Assembly: GCA_977020255.1 (NCBI GenBank)
Contig: CDROCS010006097.1
Location: forward strand, 1 to 64,000
Length of the DNA: 64,000 nucleotides
Source of the DNA: Obrimoposthia wandeli
Lineage: Eukaryota
Direction of reading: 5' to 3'
Shown: one piece after another, positions 48,442 to 58,147 of the stretch
How the letters are laid out: each line of letters opens with the position of its first letter
Position numbering within the stretch: the first letter of the stretch is position 1
Translations under genes and position numbers: made by a program
Notes under the pieces: generated by a model
The model's database searches: none
Seen by the model: the letters and a program-made list of their open reading frames with translations, nothing else
What the model was told of the DNA's origin: nothing

Positions 48442-50740
48442 CTTACTTATCCTCCCCGTTGTCATTGTTAGCTATGCATTGGTGGGGTGGTTTATTTACG
48501 ATCGTGAATGTAGTACGTTGGCTAAGTTTGAACAGAGCAGGCTTGAGCAGCGTGCCGATCATTTAAAGTTTAGCTATAAATCATCAAGTAGCTTTATCGA
48601 CTCCTACTTTAACTCTCTTATCGAGGGGAGTATTTTCTCTTCCTATTTAAGTGAAGTCAGTAATATTTACCGTGAAAAAATGTTAACTAACCACTTAAAA
48701 GCGGCTGTTAATAGATTTGAAGGAGAACAGCAAATATTTGCTTCACTCACGTTGTTTGATAGTCAAAACCAGTCAATTTTATATATCGAAAACAGCACCG
48801 ACCCTTTTGCCGAAGAGCACCCTAAGCAAAAAATTTTGGTGCAGCAGATGGCGGAGCAAAAACTTCTGCAAGCTTGGCAGCATATTGTTGAAGAGGGGGT
48901 GTCAATTATACAGCATGGTATTACGCTAGATCCCAGAACGTTGGCAATGCCGGTGCTGCTCGAAGAACAAAGTACGACTAGAATGGTCATTTCGGTTAAA
49001 GCGACCAGGTACGATGAGCTTTTGCAGCAAACGAAGTCAGAATATAACGCAAGTATCCGCTATGTTGAAAAGGTACTGACTAATGATGAAAAGCCATTGG
49101 GAATATTTACTCAAGTCAAACTCGCTAATAACCGAGTACTGCTGATTACCCCTGATAATGACTTTCTAGGAGTTCAGCTAAAACAGCTAAAAATTCGATT
49201 GTTAGTCGTCATGTTGCTGAGTATATTTTTTACCTTTTCTCTTTTACAGTGGTTGATTCGTAAATATATTACTGCACCAATCGCGCAATTGGATAACCAG
49301 CTAACAGAAGTCATTGAGCGCAGGAAAGACAACATAGACCTTTCTCATTCGGGCGGTGAGGTCGGCAGGTTAGGCCTTAAGTTTCACTCGCTCTATCGAG
49401 CACTTAATAGTGCTTTTCAGGAGAGCTATACCCAAGCGCGTATAGATTCTTTGACGCAATTACCCAACCGCGTCTGCTTTAACGAAGAAGCATTGAAACT
49501 ACTGCAGTTTGCGCAACAGAGCAATAGTATGTTGAGTGTTGTCTATGTTGATATCGATAACTTTAAGTTCGTCAATGATAAATACGGTCATGAAGTTGGG
49601 GATAATTTACTTCAATCGATCGCTAAAAAGTTTAATGTGTTAGTGGATACTATCTTGCCTGATCAAGGTGCCTCGCTCGTGTATAGGCTCTCTGGGGATG
49701 AGTTTATTATACTTTTGCCTCATCATGATCGGGCAAAAGCGCAAGAGATCAGCGAACAGGTACTTCGGTTGTTTGCCAATGGGTTTAACCAAGAAGATCG
49801 ATATTTTGCAGTTTCAGCCAGTTTAGGTATTGCGTGTTTCCCTGAAGATGGTAATCAAATATCGCAGTTAGTTTCAAATGCAGACCTAGCGATGTACCAA
49901 GCAAAGAAAGCTGGGAAAAACCGTCTGGCGGTATACTCCAATGAACTGGCGAAAAATGAAAGAAAACTCAAAGAAATTGAAACAGTGCTAAAAGAGGTTA
50001 ATCCTGAAGAAGAGTTTACGCTCAACTACATGCCTATTATTGATGCAGCAGGAAGGTTTAGAGGGTGTGAGGCATTATTACGCTGGCTTTCGCCAAAAAT
50101 TGGTCAGGTCTCTCCCGCGGACTTTATTCCAGTGGCAGAAGAGAGCGGTGTGTTTGAGATGATTGATATGTGGGTGATTGAACAGGCCTTCAAAGATTTC
50201 GAGCTGTTACAACATATTTGGTCAGAGGCATTCAGTATTTCTATCAATGTATCTTCTGCAGAGCTGAATTCGGATCGTTTTATCAAGCAGCTACAAGCTC
50301 TTTGCACGTGCTACAGTATTCCAGCTAATCGTTTTGTGCTTGAAATCACCGAAACTTTTGCTCTGGAACAGGGCGAAGATGCAATCAATTGGCTAGAGAA
50401 AATTCAACAGTTAGGATTTCAAATAGCTATTGATGATTTTGGTACAGGTTATACCAGTTTGATGCAAATGGTCGATTACCCTGTTGATGTGATTAAATTT
50501 GATAAACAGTTGGTCGAACGTATTACTCAAGCCGAGCGTCAGCATCTGGCAAACGCGTTAATCAATTTATGCCATATACAGGGGATATCAGTGGTGGCAG
50601 AGGGCATTGAAACACAAGCGCAAAGTTTGTGTTTACAGCAAGCTAACTGTGATTACCAACAAGGATTTCTGATCGCTAAACCTATGCCATTGGGTGAACT
50701 TCAAATATGGCTGGAGCAGCACCGCTTAAAAGTGGGTTAG
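48419..50740 (+). CDS. mbaA: MbaA-like HAMP-GGDEF-EAL membrane protein
   Basis: 2 TM segments, periplasmic domain, HAMP, RLSGDEF, CEALLRW, DDFGTGY; follows the NspS-like gene. Confidence 0.78.
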   Translation: MNLAKRASLLILPVVIVSYALVGWFIYDRECSTLAKFEQSRLEQRADHLKFSYKSSSSFIDSYFNSLIEGSIFSSYLSEVSNIYREKMLTNHLKAAVNRFEGEQQIFASLTLFDSQNQSILYIENSTDPFAEEHPKQKILVQQMAEQKLLQAWQHIVEEGVSIIQHGITLDPRTLAMPVLLEEQSTTRMVISVKATRYDELLQQTKSEYNASIRYVEKVLTNDEKPLGIFTQVKLANNRVLLITPDNDFLGVQLKQLKIRLLVVMLLSIFFTFSLLQWLIRKYITAPIAQLDNQLTEVIERRKDNIDLSHSGGEVGRLGLKFHSLYRALNSAFQESYTQARIDSLTQLPNRVCFNEEALKLLQFAQQSNSMLSVVYVDIDNFKFVNDKYGHEVGDNLLQSIAKKFNVLVDTILPDQGASLVYRLSGDEFIILLPHHDRAKAQEISEQVLRLFANGFNQEDRYFAVSASLGIACFPEDGNQISQLVSNADLAMYQAKKAGKNRLAVYSNELAKNERKLKEIETVLKEVNPEEEFTLNYMPIIDAAGRFRGCEALLRWLSPKIGQVSPADFIPVAEESGVFEMIDMWVIEQAFKDFELLQHIWSEAFSISINVSSAELNSDRFIKQLQALCTCYSIPANRFVLEITETFALEQGEDAINWLEKIQQLGFQIAIDDFGTGYTSLMQMVDYPVDVIKFDKQLVERITQAERQHLANALINLCHIQGISVVAEGIETQAQSLCLQQANCDYQQGFLIAKPMPLGELQIWLEQHRLKVG

Positions 50741-50857
50741 GTAAAATCTGCTAAATAAGTAATATCATAAATTCAGTATTTTTATACTGGGAACGTTGTA
50801 TTGACAAAACTTAGTTCGCTGACTAAATTGACTTCTTTTCACTAGCAGAGCTTCATC

Positions 50858-51223
50858 ATGAATTTGACTGAAATTAAGAGTTTTTGGGCCCAATCTATTA
50901 GTACCGCTGCATTGAAAGTAACTGCACTGCAAGATAATTACCAGGGGTTAACAGCGATCGTTCACAATGCAAGTTGGTGCCCCGATTGCGAGCGCGAAGT
51001 GTCACAATTATTAGCCCTAGATGCAAAAGCTAGCGTAGGTTTTACAGATATAAAGCTACATAGTTATGAAGATAAAGAAGTATACAAGTCACGTAAAGCG
51101 AGTGGTGATTTAGCGATCACTTGCTTACCTACCTTGATTTTTGTTCGCGCTGGTGAGGAAGTGTTACGCATTGAAGAAGATTCGGCGGGGGAGCTGCAAG
51201 CGCTGTTACAGCAATTAAAATGA
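50858..51223 (+). CDS. Thioredoxin-like protein
   Basis: WCPDC motif and cis-Pro region LPTLIF. Confidence 0.7.
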   Translation: MNLTEIKSFWAQSISTAALKVTALQDNYQGLTAIVHNASWCPDCEREVSQLLALDAKASVGFTDIKLHSYEDKEVYKSRKASGDLAITCLPTLIFVRAGEEVLRIEEDSAGELQALLQQLK

Positions 51224-51376
51224 TTATGATTATTTCAAGGCTTCTAGTCGCTAAAAAGCTGCTTGATATCGTATTGATCAGAGCAGCTAATTCCAAGATA
51301 CTCTGATCTAGAGTAAATACGCCGTATCTAATTAAAAGCACATAATTTCAGATGGTTTTCTAGCGACATTGCCACC

Positions 51377-54300
51377 CTATATATCGACGATGATGTTAGC
51401 ATTGTCTATCAAATTCTCCATAAACAGTGGGTATTCAGTGTTTGCTAAATGCGTGTTAGAAAGTGTGGCACCATCGTTAACAGTCTCTAGGTTAATACTT
51501 ACATCACTAGACCCATCATCTTCATTTGTAGACGCGCGGGAATCATCACTCTCTTGTGCCGTATATAGATAATGATCAAGGCTGCTTATTTTACCCTCAC
51601 TACTGTCTAATAATTCAGAAAGATCAAGAATGCTTGAGGGGACAACTGTGGTTAGTACAGGGCCATTAGTCTGTTCATTATAATTTGGCATTAACAGGCT
51701 TGCTTCGACAGTATCTCTCTCATTAATCGTATTATCGCTCTCAAGCAACAAGGCTGACTGGGTATCTCGAGCGCCACTAGTAATTGCTTGTGATGTACCT
51801 TCTTGATCAAACATGGGGTCATAGGGGGCCAATAAATCAACGTCGGTAGCGGTTAAAGGCGTGTCTTGATTGACAGAGGCTCCATCAGTGTAAGTAAACC
51901 AGACATCGGCAATATCCCTTGTAACACCTTGATCGTCAATGTAGTTGCTCTCTAGTGCGGTGATGTTCCCATTCTCTTCTTTATAAGTGACATTGGCATT
52001 TAGTGATATTTCACTCACGCCAGCTTCTGCCAACGTCATTAACTCACCTTGATCGGTTAAGCCATTAGAGTTTTTATCTTGCCAAATTCTTAACGTATTA
52101 AAGCCCTCATCCTTAGCGCTAATTTTGCCATCGAGATTGGTATCTTGTTCAGCTAGCGCATCGTAGCCGTCTTTGGCGAGTGAGCCGTCAGCTTTAACGG
52201 TCTCTTCACCAAAGAGCTCAGAAGCGTCATTTATTTCACCGTCGCCGTTTAAATCAGTGACAAGTAAGCCATCACTGCTTGATACCCATCCCGTTTTATC
52301 TTTGATGCCGTCGTTATTGATGTCAAATAGCACACCGTCATCATGTGATAATGTTTGTACACCATCACCATTAAGGTCTAATATCAGGGGAGAACTAACG
52401 GAATAGGCCCACAGATATACATCGGCAGATGATATATTTCCTTCGCTATCTTGGATTGTGTATTCAAGCTGGAAAGATCCTTTTCGCTCACCAAGATACA
52501 TTTTTATTTGGCTTGTCCCAACGCCACCATCGTTCCAACTTCTTCCAGAACCATAGTTCCACGCGACGGGACTACCATTGTAAGCTATTTCTACAATTGA
52601 AAAATCCAATCCGTCAGGGTTTAAATCATTACTGATAAGGTTCGTCGTAAGCACTGCATAACCCCAAGCCTGACGGTAGGCATAGTTACCGCTGTCATCG
52701 ATAGCGATCACGCCCGTTAATAAATTATCTTCAACGTCACCAGTGCCTAAGTTATGGTGAATGTCGGTGAAATCTTTACCTTGTACGCTAATTTCTGATT
52801 TCAATCCGCTGCCATCAGAATTAAAAATAGCACTCCACTGTGTATTAGACTCTTTAGTAAAGTCGGATAGACTGCCATTTTTAATAACAATGTCATCAGT
52901 GCTAAAACCGATGACAGTTTCGCTGAAGTCAAAATAAACAGGGACACCTGCTGCCAATGCGTCACCTCTGTTAATATCGAGGATAGGACCTTGGGTATCG
53001 ATTAATGCTTGGTCAGTATTACTTAAATCACTCATGGTACCAAAAGGAGAAATGGTATTAGCTTTGACGATAATTGTTGCTCCCTCAATAGGGCTTGGGA
53101 CGCCATATAGAATCTCTCCGCGATTAATATCATCCTGGGTTATCTCTTCAATATCTCTGTATTGTGCACCCTCAAAGCTGGTACTCCACACTCTTATTGT
53201 ATCGCCGGCAACAATGTCATCAGACAAACTTATGCGAGTAACCACTGTTGAAGAACCAGCTAATTCAGTGTTATTGATCACTTCATTATCATTGCTATCA
53301 GTATGGATGGTGATTTCTGGCGCATCCGGTTTTCTTGGTGAAAAACTAAGTGTAGTACTGCTGCCGGTACCGTTGTTGTCGTATAAATCGACATAACGGC
53401 TATCGTTAATGGTGATGGTCGGTTTTGCTGTACTTTGATCAGAGGTAAATATCGCTGTCCATAACCTTACATTCACTTGCTCAAAGTGAGTGATGACGCC
53501 GCCTGTTATGACCAGATCGTTTTGTAGAAACCCGCTAGGCGCCTCATTGAAACTAAACTCAATGTTGACTGGCGCCTCTGTAATGGTTGTTAGTTCAGGA
53601 GTTATGGTGAGAATTGGTCCTCTAGTATCAATTAAAGCGGAGTCTTCACTGGTTGGCCCAATTTTTCCCTCGCCACTTTCTGCTCTAGTAGTGAGAGTAA
53701 GCGTTTGATTTTCTAGAGGTACTGGGACTTGATAGTGGACTAGCCCGTCGTTGATATGTTGTTGAGTGATGGTAGTTACGAGCTGAAAAATAGCAGCGGG
53801 GTCGGTACCTATTTTTATGAATAGTTTGTTACCAACGACTAGGTTTTCTACATTAATAGCTGCTTGAGCTATTGTTTGGCCTGCTATGTCGCTAAAGTTA
53901 AGCGTGCCATCGTTATTAATATCTTCTGTTATCATCACGGTGGCTGCATTTGGCTTTACATCAACCAATACACGGCTAGTATCAAAGGTTGATTCACCCA
54001 CATTGCCAGCTTGATCAACTAACCAACCGGTGGCTTTAACTTGATTGGTAGTGCTATCAATAGCGAATAAATTACCTGCTATTTCCACTCTAAAATCACT
54101 TGCAGGGGCTAAATCCGCCGCCGTCATAGTGTGAGTGTATTCAGCAATATCGTCACCATTAACGTCTATATGTAGCACATCACCAACCACTAGTAATTCA
54201 GGTAACCTAAGTTTGATGGGGACATTTCCAGCTAAAACCTCATCTTCAAGTATGTCATCCCCTCCATCTAATATTTCGACGCTGAGAGGGGCAATTGGAG

Positions 54301-55312
54301 GCGTCGAATCTAAAATGAACGTGGTTTTAGCAGGATAGCTAGTGGTGTTACCTATACCGTTAGCAATGACCAGTGATAGTTCGTAACCACCGTCGATGTA
54401 GTCACCATTGATATCTGTAAGGCTACTTTTTGGGGCCGCCTGAATGAAGGAGCCGTTGCGAATATCTTGAAGAGTGACGGTGTGCGAAATGATACCGGCC
54501 TCTCCAGCAGGGTTTTCAACGATGATAATGGCTGTTTCACCAACGGTAGTGGCGATGGGAATGGTGATTTTAAATTCAAGTTTACTGTCGCTACTTAAGA
54601 GATTAGTGATCTCAGATAGGTTTAACAGCCCATCATCATCTAGTACTTGAATGAAATTATCATTATGGTTGCTAGGTACTACTTTAGGTATTACTTTATT
54701 GACCACTGTTATAGCAATCGTATTAGAACTATCCGATTTAGAATATAGTTCTGATTGGATGGTAAAGTTATGAGCACCCGCTTCTAGGGGGGATAGCTCA
54801 GCACGCCAGTTGCCCGCGTTAGAGGTAGTTGTTTCACCTACCTTCGTTGTCCCCTGATAAATGCTGATAATACTGTAGGCCGATGCAGAGCCTTGCAGGG
54901 AGATTGTGTCTTGGGTGGTTAGCCCCTCGTTAGTATCAGTGATAGTTAATGTGGGCTTATGTAGGACGACATCTACATCACTGCTATCTTTTACCGCTCG
55001 ACTAATGCGTCCCGCCTTATTGGTGATAGTGACTGAAGCGGAAACTTGATCTTCATCAACAGCAAAGAGAGAGCCTTTAAATTTATGATTGATTACCCGT
55101 CCTATATGACGTTTTTTAACGGTAATTATTCGCTCGGGGACCCCGTCATTGTTTAGGTCTATTTTTACTAAGTCGCCCACTTTGGCTGATTTTGGAATGC
55201 CAATTTTTATACGAATGTAATTATTCAAGTTGTTCGCCGTTAAATGTTGATCGCGACCATCGAGAATTTGCACCCAAGATGGGCCTGCTATTCCATGCGA
55301 TTTTTTAGCCAT
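51377..55312 (-). CDS. Large Ig-like repeat exoprotein/adhesin with FrpC-type module and T1SS-like C-terminus
   Basis: No Sec signal; paired Ig-like repeats (F.F.E...GF...D...GG.I..F..W.A.F.SD twice); Dx[DN]xDG motifs; C-terminal ILDLSELL..SLDHYL. Confidence 0.8.
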   Translation of the reverse strand: MAKKSHGIAGPSWVQILDGRDQHLTANNLNNYIRIKIGIPKSAKVGDLVKIDLNNDGVPERIITVKKRHIGRVINHKFKGSLFAVDEDQVSASVTITNKAGRISRAVKDSSDVDVVLHKPTLTITDTNEGLTTQDTISLQGSASAYSIISIYQGTTKVGETTTSNAGNWRAELSPLEAGAHNFTIQSELYSKSDSSNTIAITVVNKVIPKVVPSNHNDNFIQVLDDDGLLNLSEITNLLSSDSKLEFKITIPIATTVGETAIIIVENPAGEAGIISHTVTLQDIRNGSFIQAAPKSSLTDINGDYIDGGYELSLVIANGIGNTTSYPAKTTFILDSTPPIAPLSVEILDGGDDILEDEVLAGNVPIKLRLPELLVVGDVLHIDVNGDDIAEYTHTMTAADLAPASDFRVEIAGNLFAIDSTTNQVKATGWLVDQAGNVGESTFDTSRVLVDVKPNAATVMITEDINNDGTLNFSDIAGQTIAQAAINVENLVVGNKLFIKIGTDPAAIFQLVTTITQQHINDGLVHYQVPVPLENQTLTLTTRAESGEGKIGPTSEDSALIDTRGPILTITPELTTITEAPVNIEFSFNEAPSGFLQNDLVITGGVITHFEQVNVRLWTAIFTSDQSTAKPTITINDSRYVDLYDNNGTGSSTTLSFSPRKPDAPEITIHTDSNDNEVINNTELAGSSTVVTRISLSDDIVAGDTIRVWSTSFEGAQYRDIEEITQDDINRGEILYGVPSPIEGATIIVKANTISPFGTMSDLSNTDQALIDTQGPILDINRGDALAAGVPVYFDFSETVIGFSTDDIVIKNGSLSDFTKESNTQWSAIFNSDGSGLKSEISVQGKDFTDIHHNLGTGDVEDNLLTGVIAIDDSGNYAYRQAWGYAVLTTNLISNDLNPDGLDFSIVEIAYNGSPVAWNYGSGRSWNDGGVGTSQIKMYLGERKGSFQLEYTIQDSEGNISSADVYLWAYSVSSPLILDLNGDGVQTLSHDDGVLFDINNDGIKDKTGWVSSSDGLLVTDLNGDGEINDASELFGEETVKADGSLAKDGYDALAEQDTNLDGKISAKDEGFNTLRIWQDKNSNGLTDQGELMTLAEAGVSEISLNANVTYKEENGNITALESNYIDDQGVTRDIADVWFTYTDGASVNQDTPLTATDVDLLAPYDPMFDQEGTSQAITSGARDTQSALLLESDNTINERDTVEASLLMPNYNEQTNGPVLTTVVPSSILDLSELLDSSEGKISSLDHYLYTAQESDDSRASTNEDDGSSDVSINLETVNDGATLSNTHLANTEYPLFMENLIDNANIIVDI
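51895..52393 (-). other. FrpC-like self-processing module (SPM) homolog with Ser-Pro at the cleavage position
   Basis: SPLILDLNGDG..LFDINNDG..TGWVS.SDGLLV.DLNGDG.INDASELFG..GYDALA..DTN.DGKI...D..F..LRIWQDKN.NG..D.GEL.TL...G. Confidence 0.75.
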
Positions 55313-55834
55313 TTTTACAGTCCGTTAGTCAGTTGAATTAATCGATACATTAAAAATAATAGTGAGCGAGTATGCTAAATAGAGCGGTAGCAAACATGCC
55401 ACGATATGGATATTTCTTTTGCCGAGTCATGCGCATCGTTAAGTGCCAGAATCTCATGACAATTCAGTTTCAATTAATAAATAATAACCGCTGTATAATA
55501 TCTAATCAATAGATTGTATTGTCGAGGTGTACTTTAATTTCAAATAGCTGCTTGATTAATAAGTTTAGATGTTTACAGAGTGTATCTGTCCAATCAGAAC
55601 ACGCGAAAATATAAGGTAAGAGATGGTGAATACTTCACAAAAACGCTGGTGGTTAATGTGATATCTAGTTAGCTGCATAAACAACGCTTTATCGCTTATT
55701 TATGCCAGTTATTAAATATAGCGGTTGTCATTTTTCATGATAGTGCCGTTATGTGAGATAAGAGGGCTAATAGATTGAAACTAAAGTGAAAGGCATGTGT
55801 CCTACAGCTACCTTAAATTCTCCTGGTTTGGTTA

Positions 55835-56233
55835 ATGCGTAAGTCTGTCTGTGTCATATTAATTTGTTGCATCCAATTTGTCCTCTGGACCAATTTGGCT
55901 ATAGCAAAACAATACGTGACAGCGAGTGCCAATAAATCCAATACCACACACGTAATAGAGAATAATAATTTACTCGTAATGCCGATGAGCAATGATACAA
56001 CGTTCACATTATCGCTGGTCACCACATTCGATACAGGAGAAAGTAAGTCACAACAAGTCATCGTAGATCTATGTTTACCTGAAGTTATTGTGAAAAACGA
56101 CATTCCAACGCAACAGCATCTTGCAATGCGCAACGAGGGCCGTGCGTTCTCAAAAGTTACGTGGCAACCTTTGTCTGCATTAAAACCTCCGATTCGATCA
56201 CTTGGTAATGACACTCTTAAATTGATGGCCTAA
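55835..56233 (+). CDS. Exported hypothetical protein with late KPP motif
   Basis: Hydrophobic signal-like N-terminus (..LAIA|K); LKPPI near the C-terminus. Confidence 0.5.
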   Translation: MRKSVCVILICCIQFVLWTNLAIAKQYVTASANKSNTTHVIENNNLLVMPMSNDTTFTLSLVTTFDTGESKSQQVIVDLCLPEVIVKNDIPTQQHLAMRNEGRAFSKVTWQPLSALKPPIRSLGNDTLKLMA

Positions 56234-56381
56234 AAATGGCTAACAAGCCCCTTGAATATAGGTGGGCTGGAGTGAACTAGGTACGCCTAGTATGTATCAG
56301 TAGATGCCGCTTATTCTCAGTGTCTACTTAAAGTGATCTACTTGAAATGTCAGTTTCAAGGAATAAAGTTTCGGAAATATT

Positions 56382-57329
56382 ATGAATACAACAACATTAG
56401 ACTCTTGTGTGGGTAATCGTTATTTGCCTGTTTACCAAGCTAACCAGCTAGCATTGATTTTGCGTATGGGATTGGGAGCTGTCTTTATTATTGGCGGTAT
56501 CTCTAAACTCAGCTTGTTACTAGACAGTACAAGCCATGATGCGATGGTCGCCAATTATATGTCCACTAGTGGCTATATCAATGCACTCTTCCAACAATTC
56601 TTGTTCAGCGGATTTTTGGGTAATCTATTAACTCCCAGTGGTTTTTTAATTGGTCTCTCCAGTTTTGAGCTTTTCAGTGGTATTGCGCTGATGATCGGTT
56701 TCTTAGTGAGACCATTAAGCTTGCTGTACGCATTTTTACTTTGGTCTTTCGTGGTGGCACTGCCAACGATGACCGTACCGGGTTTGGATATCAGTGAGAA
56801 AACGTACACCTCACCAGCAATATTTGTCCAAATAAGGGATATAGGCTTATCGGGAATGATGTTTGTTTTGTTTAACTTAGGAGCTGGTAGCTATAGTGTT
56901 GATGGCCGTTTTTCACCGCAAAATATTAACATTGAAAGGGATGCGGTCGCACTCTTATTACGTTTGTCACTAGGCGTAGTTTTTGTCGTCGCTGGTTTCT
57001 TTAGTGGCTTTGCTAATATTCAATCATTCGCTACAGCGCCCTTATTATTGATCTTCATTAGTCTAACGTTATTGTTTGGCTCCGCGACTACTGTGCGGAT
57101 AGCGGGTGCGGTTGTGATCGCAGTGATGTTATGGTTTATCGTCAACAAGTTTAGTGTCGATAAAAGTATGATTAAGAATTTTAACGGATTTAAAAGGGAA
57201 TTTGCCTTAATAGCTGCAGGCGCCGCTCTGGTGTTATTAGGTGGAGGTAAACTATTTACTCTGTCGGATATACTGATGCGTACCAAGTGCTATTTTGCGT
57301 TATATTTAACAGGAAAATCAATTTCGTAG
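56382..57329 (+). CDS. Tandem DoxX/DoxD-family membrane protein
   Basis: LILRMGLGAVFIIGGISKL, FELFSGIALMIG, IRDIGL, GAGSYSVD; second repeat LLLRLSLGVVF. Confidence 0.75.
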   Translation: MNTTTLDSCVGNRYLPVYQANQLALILRMGLGAVFIIGGISKLSLLLDSTSHDAMVANYMSTSGYINALFQQFLFSGFLGNLLTPSGFLIGLSSFELFSGIALMIGFLVRPLSLLYAFLLWSFVVALPTMTVPGLDISEKTYTSPAIFVQIRDIGLSGMMFVLFNLGAGSYSVDGRFSPQNINIERDAVALLLRLSLGVVFVVAGFFSGFANIQSFATAPLLLIFISLTLLFGSATTVRIAGAVVIAVMLWFIVNKFSVDKSMIKNFNGFKREFALIAAGAALVLLGGGKLFTLSDILMRTKCYFALYLTGKSIS

Positions 57330-57342
57330 TCATTGCTGCGAT

Positions 57343-57378
57343 ATGGCAACAGCGGGTTTAAACGCCAGCTGTTGCCAT
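57343..57378 (+). terminator. Inverted repeat / probable terminator
   Basis: ATGGCAACAGC ... GCTGTTGCCAT, just after the DoxX stop. Confidence 0.55.
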
Positions 57379-58147
57379 TATTTTCAATAACCTTAATTCA
57401 ACAGAGAAAACAAAATACTTAAAATACGTGTAAAGTTTACGGTTGTGACTAGAAAGTTGGGGTTTGTTTTCTTGAATTTACCAATGTAACGCGATTAGAA
57501 TTCGAGTTTGCTCGGCTACAATGCGAATTTAAAGCCAATATAGATACCGGTAAAAATCGACAGGCCTTGCAAGCAATCAATCCACTAGTCGAGTATTTCA
57601 AGAGTGGACGGGGCCTCTTTAAGGTTGAGCTAGATATTGGGCGCAGCATTACAAAAAAAGCGTGGCAATCATTGGTTGAAATCCTCTACGGCCTGATCTT
57701 TAGCTACTACACAACGTAGAGGGTTGATGGACTCGCTGACTAGCAAAAGGTTAAGTGGAACTGTATTGGAGCGTGTTAATAAGCATAATCGTATCGCGGT
57801 GTTTGGTCTCTGTCATCGTGTTGTTGAAAGAAAGGGCAAGCCGTTGCTAATGCAGATACTCTAGAGCGAAAGCTTTGGCTGATAAATCAGGAGTTATTAG
57901 CGGGTGCCAATGCGCCAAAACCTTGAGTTATAAGCTACCAGAGCCCCTAACTAGGAGGGCGATACGCAGGGGTTTAGCGCCATTTTTCCGAGGTTAGGTA
58001 ATGTATATTTCGAACCTCTTTAGGGTGATAGAATAGCTCTTTAATTGCGCATGTGCGGCGCACAGTGTAAAGTTCGCAGCCATTGAGAAGTACCTGCTTT
58101 TACCGTACATCGCACCACATTAGCCTCTAATCCGGAAAGATATTCAC

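Noticed and set aside
51377-55312. RTX toxin call
   Set aside because: No GGxGxDxL nonapeptide repeats or toxin domains recognised; the architecture is Ig-like plus SPM.
55313-55834. Long leader of the adhesin gene, searched for a c-di-GMP-I riboswitch
   Set aside because: Conserved GEMM motifs not seen.
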